A stretch of 64,000 nucleotides of DNA from Eledone cirrhosa (Eukaryota): positions 158,596,001-158,660,000 of the forward strand of contig OZ024741.1 of NCBI GenBank assembly GCA_964016885.1, in the 5' to 3' direction. A program made the translations under genes and the position numbers. The notes below the pieces were generated by a model. That model was not told the origin of the DNA. It worked only from the letters and a program-made list of their open reading frames with translations, and did no database searches. Positions 41,219 to 54,029 of the stretch are shown in pieces (the stretch's first letter is position 1; the number at the start of each line of letters is the position of its first letter).

Positions 41219-41220
<2 letters not shown>
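38044..41220 (+). mobile_element. RTE-clade LINE copy 1, 5'-truncated and disrupted, with an inverted 3' UTR insertion
   Basis: Near-identical to copy 2; (GAT)n tail; (TA)n flanks. Confidence 0.92.
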
Positions 41221-41252
<32 letters not shown>

Positions 41253-41702
41253 ATGCATGTGGATACATATGGATATACACACACGCACAACATGCATATT
41301 GATACAAACTGTACAGAAAAAGAGAGATACATAAACACACACACACATATACATATACACATACACTCACATATATATATACACCCACGCACAAATGTAT
41401 TACAAGCTCTTCTAACAATGAAGTTTTTGATATATTTCCTTTGTGCCGTTGGCTTATGTCTTCTCTTTGTTTTAGTCAGCACAAGGAAGACTTTAATAGA
41501 TAAGATTTGTGTTTGTGGTGTTGCAGGAGGTCAGTGACCCCCCCCCCCCCTGCCACTATATACAATATAATAAATATAATTATTTTGGTACTATGTCAGG
41601 TTCTTAAGATTCTCAGTTCAAATCCTATGGAGGTTAACTTTGCCATTCATTCCTCAAGGGTCAACAAAATAAAGTACCAGTCAATTACTGGGGTTGATTT
41701 AA

Positions 41703-41924
41703 CACTTTAGTTACCAACCCGGTCAAAACGCGCTCTGGTTCTATGAAATAAAACCACCCATTTTAAAGGTTTCCAATTTAAATTAAAATCTTCCATAATT
41801 TTATATAAGAACCTTACATTAAGTTACTATCTTAGTAATGAAATAATTTTAGTAAATCCCTCAAAACCCTTCATTAATTAATTGAAATAGTCTGTATTTC
41901 ATTAGAAATGTGGTCATGAAAGGG
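41703..41924. mobile_element. piggyBac-like MITE family P2 inserted in a SINE S1
   Basis: TTAA-CACTTTAGTTACC ... GGTCATGAAAGGG-TTAA; SINE halves on both sides. Confidence 0.65.
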
Positions 41925-42713
41925 TTAATTGACTTTTCCCTTCCACCAAATTTAGTGACCTTGGGCCAAAATTAGAAATGGATGGGAGATGGCAGAATTG
42001 TTAGGACATCAGACAAAAGGCTTTACAGCTTTTAGTTTCAGCCCTTTATATTCTGAGTTCAGATTCCACTGAGTTTAAATTAAAGTACCAGTCCAGTACT
42101 GGCATCAATTTAACAGACCTTTCCTTCCTTCAAATTGTGGGTCTTGTGCCCATTTAAAAAAAAAAGCATTATTTTTAGCACTTAGTATTTTTTAAATTGA
42201 TTTCTTTTGTTCACTGAGAAAATCAGTTATACCTCTTATTTAACTCATATCATGTGATAATTTTGTAGAAAATATCTAAAAACAGGATTGTTTTCTACTT
42301 TTCAAGAATGTCGTTTGTTAACTGTTAAAAAACAATGATTACTATAGCATAGATTAGTCAGAGAGAGGGTAATGTCATGGACCTTTGCTAGTAAGAATGA
42401 TACTGTTGTTGCCCAATCCAGTTGACCACAGATCAGCTGAACTGAAGTGAAGTCTAGTCTGCATGCTTAAAACAGTCGGATGAGATCAGCTTTGATGAAA
42501 TACACTAAATATCATGAAAGTAAAATAAACTTTTGTTACCTGAAATCCAAAAAGTTTCCTGTGTTTGGTCAATAGAATGTTCTGCACATTAAGCTCTTTG
42601 TTAATGAAGAAATTAGGAAATAATTACTAAAACTAATATGATTTCATTCAGATGATATTTGTAATATAACAAAAATATGTTGGAAGGTTATAATTTACGT
42701 TGGAACCACTTAA

Positions 42714-43071
42714 CGCTTAACGTCCTGCACCACAGGAAACCGCATTAGCAAGACATTCTTGTAAAGTACAAAACAGTTCTATGACTGTATCACATTAAGA
42801 ATGAAAACTCTATATTTTAGTTTACTGCAAATTTTCATAAAGATACAATAAATATTTGAATTAACAAACTTATTTTTAGATATTTTCTGCTAAATCATTG
42901 GTATAGTATGATATGGTTCTGTAATTCCTGATGGAGTCATAGGGGCACCGTAGTGGCATACAGCATTTCTTGGGCATTTTAAGCCTGGTGGAGCCCATCC
43001 CTCTCCAGGCCTGAACATAAGAGTTTCTTCCTGAGAAGGATAGAGGTTAAATCATTACAGGATGTTAAAAG
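42714..43071. mobile_element. TTAA-flanked MITE family P3 with a nested repeat
   Basis: TTAA-CGCTTAACGTCCTG ... CAGGATGTTAAAAG-TTAA; homologs at about 25345-25620 and 45286-45497. Confidence 0.55.
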
Positions 43072-44270
43072 TTAAAGTGGGTGGTTTTGTTCCATAGATG
43101 AAGGCATTTTTTGGTAGGTTGGTATGAAAAGGGTTAAATTATTGTGTAAGTGGCTGAATATTGTACAGACACGTTTTTGTGGATGTTGTTGTTGTTGTTG
43201 TTACAGCTCATACCAATGTAGGTAGGTTCAGCTGCCTGCTGACATCACTTCTCATAGGAGGTCTCTTTAGTGTTTTAATGATTCCCCCCACTCCTTTCCT
43301 ATCATTTAAAAATATCAACATGAATATAATTGACTTTAAAAGTGGTGTTACAGCATGGTGATAGCCCAATGAATGAAATCAGTAAAATTAGGAGATTCTG
43401 TCCAAAGGTTAAAGTTTTTTAAAGAAATGTTGGTGCTGTATTGAAGTCCCCCTCCCCTAGTTATTAGTGTCTTAACTGTAGCGCTAGTGCTGTGAAAAAA
43501 CCCCCCATCTCGTCTACTCTGCAAAGTGGTAGTGCTGGTACCATGACAAAAAGCATCTAATCCATCCTGTGAGATGGCTGGTGTTTGGAAGGGCATCCAG
43601 CCATAGAAAACCAGGCCCAAAAACTGAGCATATGAGCAAGACTTTGGTCACCTGGCCTATTTGGCTTCATAATGTGAATGTCCAACATATGCAGACATGG
43701 AAAATAGATGTTAAACATGATGGAGCTGATGATGATGATGATGATAACTGTCCCAAAAGCTATGGGCTCTGACTCCCCACCCACTCACACATATACATAT
43801 ACACTCATACATAGATAATTCCATGACAAAGCTTCTGTGGTCATTTGACCTGCTAGAAATAGCAGATAATTCTTCAAATCACATACAATCTTGTTAAAAA
43901 AATGCAAAGATACATTGGATCAAGTAGTTGCAGGTGTACCATACAACAACAAGCATTTTAAGGTCATTTGTCATGCTAAAGTAGGAGTTAGCGTCACAGG
44001 CCCCATACTAGATTTCATGTTGATCATGGGAGTTCTTTTGGGGGTAATGTTTTACAGCCAGATACCCTTCATGGTACCAACCCTTTTTAGCTACCTTTTA
44101 CAATACATGGGTATATACTGTATCTATTTTAAATCAAATACAGATAGAATCTTAGAAGTATTATGTCTGGACACAAGACTAGACAAAAGGATGAGATGCT
44201 CATGGCTGAAATATTTCAGATCATAAGTATTCCTAATCAGGCTTAACTTGATATTAAACAATAAAATAAC

Positions 44271-44318
<48 letters not shown>

Positions 44319-44382
44319 CCATCACCATCATCACCATCATCACCATCACCATCACCATCATCATCATCATCATCATCATCAT
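44271..44382. repeat. (CAT)n/(CAC) microsatellite
   Basis: Visible directly. Confidence 0.95.
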
Positions 44383-46053
44383 TTGACATGTTTAGTCAGT
44401 ATTGAAGCAAAGTCTCTGATCTCCGGATGGATCGGAGGCTTGATATATGCTGCACTCTACCAAGTGTATCTTATGAATGGCACCAGCAGTGGGGAAGTTC
44501 TCATGTCATTGACATAGCTAGAGACCTTTTGACCATTTTTTGGCAGGCTTTCTATGGCTGGATGTCCTTCCTATCACCAACCACCTTACAGTGATTACTG
44601 AATGTGTTTTTTGTGTAGATCACCAACACTTGGGAGGTTGTCATGTCTATGGCACAGCTGAAGAGTCCTCCCAACCTGTTGTTTTGCAAGTTTTCTATGT
44701 CTGGATGCTCTTCCTATCACTAACCACTTTACAGAGTGTACTGGATGTGTTTATCATGTAGATTACCAACACTAAGGAGGTTATTATGCCTAGACAGTAA
44801 TAAAAAGAAAATTAATCGAATAAGTCCTTTCTTCAAAACTTCAAATATTTGTGTCATCTGTATAAACAGGATTAGGATATTGAGCTTTACTTGAATTCTA
44901 TCATAGGCAATGGTTTATATTACTCAGGGCATTACTGTTCCCTAATTTCCTTTACCCTCTTCATGATTTTTAGCATTATATATTCAAAGTTGGTGTTTTA
45001 CTACAATGTTTTCTACTTCATAGTTCATAATGCTGGTGCCACAATGAAGATTACCCACCCCACCCTGTCATGTGGTTGTGATGGTACCTCAATAAAATAC
45101 ACCTAACCCACACTGTTAAGTGGTAGCGCTGGTGCTATGATAAAAAGCACCCAGTCCAATCTGTCCAGTGGTAGTGGCTGTGTAAGATATGAACAAATAA
45201 AGATTGAAAGAGACTGTTGGGTTTTGACATACAAAATTTCACAAAAATGATGTACATGTAAATGAGTGTATAGAAGATAGATAGTTTAACATCCTAACTA
45301 ATCACATTAGCAAGTTGTTCTTGAAAAATATAAAACAGCACTATCACTGCATCACATTAAATATTAAAACTTTTACTTTAATACTGCAATTTTTTCATAA
45401 TGATCTGTCCACCGATAAATATACTATAAACATTTGAATTAACAAACCTATTTTTGAATTATTTCCTGTTCAGTCATTACAGGATGTTAAGAGTTAAAGC
45501 TAAATACAACTATTATATCTTAGCTGTGGAGATAGAATAACAAATTATTTCCCTCAGATGTTTTACTGAAGTTGCTGCTAACCACACCATGAAATAATGG
45601 GTCTGAAAACTTAGCATTAACTACACAATATTGTTTTGTGAAATGATTAAAACTAAAACTATATATTCAACTGTGTAGGTGGAGATATCATTAGCACATT
45701 TAGCTGGTCCCTTGTGCACGAAAATGTTTTCCCTTTCACAGACCCCAGTGGAAAATGGTTAGCATTTCAAAACAATTTCAAACTGTTTAGATAATTTGAC
45801 TTCATGCTTCAATGGACTTGAAGTGTTTAGATTTAGAAATAGTGGGGGTAGAGGCAGGGCCAGTACCTGATTATTTAACACTCAAAGTTAGCTTTATAAT
45901 GTAATTCCCTTCTTCCAGTTATGCTCCCTATTCTCCCAAATAAAATAATTTCATAAAGAAAGTATTGTCAAAGCTGGTACAATGCAAATAGGAAACTAAG
46001 TGGAACTAGAGTAGGGTAAAAGTAGAATAAAAAAAACAAAATACTATTTTTAC

Positions 46054-46204
46054 CTTATATGTTTCATATTTCAAGGTTATGACCTTCTTTTCAAATGACA
46101 AATCAGGGCTTCTTGTTACTACTATCTTTTCCTTTGTTGTGTAATTGACTTTTGTTGGAAATGTGACATGGATAGGGTATATGTCAACAAACTCAGGACT
46201 CTCT
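46054..46204 (-). CDS. Candidate internal exon of an unidentified host gene
   Basis: Non-repetitive; acceptor TTCTCCTTTAG|, donor AAG|GTAAAA; open 50 codons ESPEFVDIYPIHVTFPTKVNYTTKEKIVVTRSPDLSFEKKVITLKYETYK; no recognised homology. Confidence 0.2.
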
Positions 46205-46785
46205 CTAAAGGAGAACATCAGGTAGGAGATTATATGCTAAACTTCACCATGTGCCTAAAAAAATGCATGGATTCAAATGGGGATCACTTGGAACATGTGC
46301 TGTAACTCTGAACAGAAACCTCAAAAGACAGTGAAATTTTGGTATGTTATTTTTAATGATTTGAATTAAATATATTCGGAGTTTCATCATTTCTTTGTCA
46401 AAAACTGAATAATGTAGACAAAAATAAAAATGGGGACATTTTCTTTTTGTAGTCAATCTGTATAAACACTTTAAAATAAATTGCGTTGTAAACTAAAACT
46501 TGGGCTGTTTCAGGCAATTCGGTATCAGAAGGGTTAATATTTACCTTCAAAATCCCAGGTTTAAGGATTATATACCTGCATTAAACTATTTTGACTTTTT
46601 TAAAACATTGAAGAAATAGTTAAGAAAACTATTTAGAAGTCTGCAAAATAATTCCTACTTCTGTAAGAGTTGATGGATTTTGCAAAGTTATTTTACAATG
46701 TTATGAATAAATGGTTTCTACCTCATTCACATAAAGTATTATAGGTACTTTATTGAAATATAATGGAGTTAGGTTTGTATGTGTA

Positions 46786-46826
<41 letters not shown>

Positions 46827-46948
46827 TATATATACATATATATGTGTGTGTATATGTATAAGGATCGTGACAAGTGGAGAGATGCTGTGCTGAAAAGGAC
46901 CCGTCCCACCCTTGCAAGCAGGGAAAAGCGGATGTAAAATGATGATGA

Positions 46949-46989
<41 letters not shown>

Positions 46990-47864
46990 TACACACAATT
47001 ATATATATATGTGTGTGTGTGTGTATATATGCATGTGTCGATATAGATATGCATCCTACTCACTCTTTCTATGTATGAAGATAATGATGTGTATGAATGT
47101 GTAATGTAAATAAATCTAGTAGTTATTACAGCTACTATAAGTTAGATTTTTTTTTCACCTGATGTTTTGACTATCAACAATTGGAAAGCTTACATAAGAT
47201 AATTATTGGCAATGAAGTGCCAAAGATGGAGAAGAAAGAACACCTCTTTCACCAGAGACTAATTCTTCACTGAGGTCTGCTACAAGACATGGTAGAGTTA
47301 TTATAAAATAGATTGAAAAAATATCTCTAGTTTTCAGCCAAAGATTTCAAGTTATTTGTTTATATGTTGGTTCTTCAAAGTGTATATGTGTGTGCACATG
47401 CACAATGTGTGTTTGTGTGTGTGTATACGTGCACAAATGTGTGTGTGTGTGTGCGTGTGCTTGTGTGTGGAAGGATAAATATAAATATGTGTATATATGT
47501 GTGGGCTATTTGTTCCTATCGTGATCTACTAAGCCTGTAGGTGTGTGCTGGTGTATGTGTACATGAATGTGTGAGTATAAATATGAATATGTGTGCATGT
47601 ATGTAAGCTATTCATACATTGGTCTACTTAACTTAAGTGTATGTGTTTGTACACCTGTTTATATATATATATACAGAAACGTGTGTGTCTGTGAGTGTGT
47701 GTGTATCTGTGTGTGTGGTTGTGTGTATGTGTTAAGATCTGTGTGCATGTGTTTGTACATTACTGTGGCTCCAGTTTAAATTTATTGGGCAAAACCTACA
47801 TTTCTGTTTTCTCAATTGAAGATAATAACTGTTATTTAGAAACTCCCAAAATATTTTCTAAGTG

Positions 47865-48715
47865 GTACAGTCGTTAATTTCTGGACAGGTAAACAAATAT
47901 TAAGGTAGTGTAGTGGTAAAGTTGTTAATACCTGACAGGTAAACACTGAGATAGTGAAGTGGTAGAGGTGTTAATAACTGACAGGTAAACAGTGAGATAG
48001 TGAAGTAGTAGAGTTGTTAATACCTGACAGGTAAACAGTGAGATAGTGAAGTGGTAGAGTTGTTAATACCTGACAGGTAAACAGTGAGATAGTGAAGTAG
48101 TAGAGTTGTTAATACCTGACAGGTAAACAGTGAGATAGTGTAGTGGTAGAGTTGTTAATACCTGACAGGTAAACAGTGAGATAGTGAAGTGGTAGAGTTG
48201 TTAATACCTGACAGGTAAACAGTGAGATAGTGTAGTGGTAGAGTTGTTAATACCTGACAGGTAAACAGTGAGATAGTGTAGTGGTAGAGTTGTTAATACC
48301 TGACAGGTAAACAGTGAGATAGTGAAGTGGTAGAGGTGTTAATACCTGACAGGTAAACAGTGAGATAGTGTAGTGGTAGAGTTGTTAATACCTGACAGGT
48401 AAACAGTGAGATAGTGTAGTGGTAGAGTTGTTAATACCTGACAGGTAAACAGTGAGATAGTGTAGTGGTAGAGTTGTTAATACCTGACAGGTAAACAGTG
48501 AGATAGTGAAGTGGTAGAGGTGTTAATACCTGACAGGTAAACAGTGAGATAGTGTAGTGGTACAGTTGTTAATACCTGACAGGTAAACAAACACAGATAG
48601 TGAAGTGGTAGAGTTGTTAATACCTGACAGGTAAACAAACACTGAGATAATGCAGTACTAAATACTTTAAACAGCAAGTTAGTGTTAATTTCTGTGTAGT
48701 GGTATAGGTGTTAAT
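47865..48715. repeat. 46-bp minisatellite, about 17-18 units
   Basis: Unit GTTAATACCTGACAGGTAAACAGTGAGATAGTGTAGTGGTAGAGTT. Confidence 0.95.
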
Positions 48716-48999
48716 TTCAGGGCAGAATACTTTTTCTCAATCATTAATGCACAAGGCCAGAAATGTTAGTACTTTAGTTTATTAACCCTAGAAGAGTGAA
48801 AAGCAAAGTTGACCATAACAGGATATGAGCGCAGAAAATAGAGCCCCCAAAACAAATGCCAGAAATCATTTGGTCTGCTCTAATGATTTTGTCATCACCA
48901 ACTCTTTCACAATAAATGTAAACATAATTTTAGGTATAAATAATAACAATAATAGTACAAAACAATATAATTTCACTTATGAATGACTAACGATGAACA

Positions 49000-49820
49000 G
49001 ATACATGTACTAGGACCAAGATCAGTCAGTGTGTACAGATAATTGTACTAGGACCGAAGTCAGACAGTCAGTATGTACTAGGACCAATACAGATAGTCAG
49101 TGTGTACAGATATTGGTATTCGGACCGAATACAGTCAGTCAACGTGAGCAAATACTGGTACTAGAACCAAATATAGTCAGTCAATGTGAGTAGATACTGG
49201 TACTAGGATTAAATACAGTCAATATTATCAAATACTGATACTAGAACCAAATACTGTCAGTCAATGTGAGCAGATACTGGTACTAGGACCGAATACAGTT
49301 AGTCTGTGTTAACAGATAATAGTACTAGGACCAAATACAGTCAGTCTGTGTTAATAGATACCAGTACTAGGACCAAATACAGTCAGTCTGTGTTAATAGA
49401 TACCAGTACTAGGACCAAATACAGTCAGTCTGTGTGAACAGATAATAGTACTAGGACCAAATACAGTCAGTCTGTGTTAATAGATACCAGTACTAGGACC
49501 AAATACAGTCAGTCTGTGTTAATAGATACCAGTACTAGGACCAAATACAGTCAGTCTGTGTTAACAGATAATAGTACTAGGACCAAATACAGTTAGTCTG
49601 TGTTAACAGATAATAGTACTAGGACCAAATAGTTAGTCTGTGTTAACAAATACTCGTACTAGGACTAAATACAATTAGTCAATGTTAACAGATAATAGTA
49701 CTAGGATCAAATACAGTCAGTCAATGTGAGCAGATAATGGTACTAGGACCAAATACAGTTAATCAATGAGGAACATATACCAGTACTAAGACTAAATACT
49801 GTCTGTTAATATGAACAGAT
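49000..49820. repeat. 42-bp minisatellite, about 19 units
   Basis: Unit AGTACTAGGACCAAATACAGTCAGTCTGTGTTAATAGATACC; homogeneous centre, diverged edges. Confidence 0.95.
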
Positions 49821-49849
49821 CAATCAATGAGACTTATACAGATGTTTAA

Positions 49850-50054
49850 CTCTTTAGCATTTAAACCGGCCGTATCTGGCACAAATTCTCTCACCTCTTT
49901 CTGTTCAAACCGGCTGTAAACGGCTACTCATCCTTATGTTAAGGTATTGTTCTCAAAACAAAAAAATATCAAAATATCGTAGATTCAATATTATGAGAAA
50001 GCCTTTACCATAAAAATACAACAGTAAATATAGAGTAATGTAAATGCTAAAGGG
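49850..50054 (-). mobile_element. piggyBac-like MITE family P1
   Basis: TTAA-CTCTTTAGCATTTA ... TAAATGCTAAAGGG-TTAA. Confidence 0.8.
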
Positions 50055-50288
50055 TTAAGTAAAAAATGGTTGAAAGAAGTCAAATTAGTATCTTAAACAA
50101 CATAGGCTTACTTCAAGTTTACTTCTCTACAGTTTATTCTTAATTATTATTTAAAAAATATGTGGAAATCCAGACTCAATGAATTTACTCCTCAAGTAGG
50201 TGAAATGTATTCCTAAGGGGTAAATCTATCCCAGGTTGGGAACCCTTGTAACCAAATCAGTTCTCAAAATAACATCCTGTTATCTTAA

Positions 50289-50507
50289 CCCTTTAGCATT
50301 TACATTACTCTATATTTACTATTATCTTTTCATGGTAATGGCTTTACCTCACATAATTATCTCACATAATATCGAATCTGAGATTTTGATGTTATTTATT
50401 TTGAGAACAATACCTTAACGTCAGTATGAGTGGCTGGTTATGGCTGGCTTGAACAGAAAAAGGCGAGAGAATTCTGGCCAGATATGGCTGCTTTAAATGC
50501 TAAAGGG
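50289..50507 (+). mobile_element. piggyBac-like MITE family P1
   Basis: TTAA-CCCTTTAGCATTTA ... TAAATGCTAAAGGG-TTAA. Confidence 0.85.
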
Positions 50508-51096
50508 TTAAATATGGAGGGACACATTGAATAATGTATATCTAGATATACAATGCTTGAGAGAGAAAACAGGACAGTACTGGTTTAGAATGTCTTTCAT
50601 TAAAGATCTGCTCAGTCTCAACTGATCTGGAGTTAAACTAACAACAACAACAACAACAACAACTAATACTTTCACCAAATTCACATGAAATAGGCAAATT
50701 AAAAGTTGGCAGGCACTAACAACAAGGCCGTCCTTCCTTGGCCACCACTTCAATTATACTGACGTAGAAGGAAATATTATTTACATGACTGAGTTCAAAT
50801 CACGCCGAGGTCAACTTTGCCTTTCATCCTTACGGGGTCGATAAAATAAAGTACCAGTAATGTACTGGGTAATTGCTGGTCTTGTGCCAAAAGTAGAAAC
50901 AATTATTTACATGACTGATGATATTGAAGACAGTTGTAAGTTGACAACGATATCAACAACAGCAATAACAACAACAATAATAATAATATTGAAAAGATTG
51001 AGTATTAAAGGAGTTTTTTAGCCAGTGTAAGCCAGACATCTGATAAAATGTTCTCATATTAGGTTTCTGGAACTTAGATTGGAAGATTACACATTT

Positions 51097-51467
51097 AGAG
51101 AGAGAGGAGGAGAGGGAGAGAGGGGGTGGTAGTGGCGATGAGAAAGAGAGTGGCGGAGAGACAGGGGGAGTGGGAGAGTGAGAGAGATAAAGAGAGTGGC
51201 AGGGAGAGGGGAGGGGTGAGAGAAAGAGAGAGATAGTTAGGGAGAGAGATAGAGTGAGAGAGAGAGATGTATATAAAGAGAGAGGTAGAGCGAGAGAGAG
51301 ATATACACAAAGAGAGAGATAGGGGGAGAGAGGTAGAGTGAGAGAGAGAGAGAGAGTTAAGGTGAGAGGTAGTGAGAGAGAGAGAGAGAGAGGTAGTGAG
51401 AGAGAGAGGTAGAGTGAGAGAGAGAGAGAGTTAAGGTGAGAGGTAGTGAGAGAGAGAGAGAGAGAGG

Positions 51468-51498
<31 letters not shown>

Positions 51499-51540
51499 AG
51501 AGTGAGAGAGAGAGAGTTAGGGATAGAGGTAGAGTGAAAG
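51097..51540. repeat. (GA)n purine-rich repeat with GGTAGTGAG punctuation
   Basis: Visible directly. Confidence 0.9.
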
Positions 51541-51820
51541 CTCCTCATTTTAGGAAGTGACTATAACAGAAGTGTATATTATGTATATTTTCTGTCACCA
51601 AAGGAGAAGGATAGAGATAGAGCCAGAAAGTGTGTGTTTATGTGTGTGTGTGTGTGTGTATGTGTGTGCGTGGGCGTGTTTTAGTGGTTATTGTGTATAT
51701 TTTGTGTTACCCAAGAAATTATCTTATTTTTCCTGGTGACTGACAAATTATTAGAATCCTTATTTTCTTGACATTTTTTATGTTTTTAAAGTTATTTAAA
51801 CACACACACACACATATATA

Positions 51821-51898
51821 AGGGTCCCCAAAAATGTATACACTCTTCAACTGCATTCTAATTAAAGTGTGTATACATTTGGGGGGAGAGGTCACCCT
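51821..51898. mobile_element. Tiny Tc1/mariner-like MITE
   Basis: AGGGTCCCCAAAAATGTATACAC ... GTGTATACATTTGGGGGG..CACCCT, TA-flanked. Confidence 0.5.
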
Positions 51899-52320
51899 AT
51901 GTATATATGTGTATACACACACACACATATATATATATATTATATATATATATATACAGTCGGGAATAATAGACTAGTTGATATTTCATGTTACTAGAAA
52001 TAGCAGCATGATACAACATTTATTCTCAACATTAAGGAGAATTCAGATAAATGATATAGATATTCCAGTAGGTGCTAAGTACCCACGGAAATATATATGG
52101 TGTCTATAATAGTGGTTGTTCCATGGAACTAATTTGAGATACCAGAACTGTAAATATGAGCGGAACAAGCAAACATTAAACAATTTTTTTAATAAATTAA
52201 AATACGATTTAAATATTTACCTCTTCTAGTGCCATGACCGACGGTTTCACTAATCAAAAGATTGGAAATTCAGAGAATTTCCATTTGAACATTTAATTCA
52301 TCATAACGTTTTACTATATT

Positions 52321-52740
52321 CATCATCATCATCATCATCGATTAACGTCTATCTTCCACGCTAGCATAGGTTAGATTGGTTTGTCCCATTTAGAAGCAAA
52401 TTGGGTTGGGTGACCATGTCCTGCTCAAATAGGAGAATTTCTGGCTAGTTTTCTATGGTTGGATGTCCTTCCTAACGCCAACCATATTGACAGTGCGTGC
52501 TGGGTGCTTTTTGCCACGTCTTTTACACATCCACTTTACAATTTGGACTGGGTGTTTTGGGGCTGGTTTTCTACGGCTGGATGCCCTTCCTAATGCCAAC
52601 CACATTTACAGTGTGTGTTGTGTGCTTTTTGCAGTGTCTTTTACACATCCACTTTACAATGTGGGCTGGGTGCTTTTTATCATGACACCTACACAAACAA
52701 TTTACAGAGTGGGTTGGATGTTTTTGTGGTACCAGTATAA
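52321..52740 (-). mobile_element. Diverged RTE 3' UTR-type fragment
   Basis: (CAT)n, CTTCCACGCTAGCATAGG, and a repeated GGATGCCCTTCCTAA module. Confidence 0.65.
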
Positions 52741-52789
52741 TATACATATAAATATACAAATATATACATGCACATATCATGATAATGAT

Positions 52790-54025
<1,236 letters not shown>

Positions 54026-54029
54026 GTAT

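Noticed and set aside
44248-44517. Poly-His ORF
   Set aside because: (CAT)n microsatellite
47865-49820. CRISPR-like arrays
   Set aside because: Tandem units without unique spacers; eukaryotic context; no cas genes
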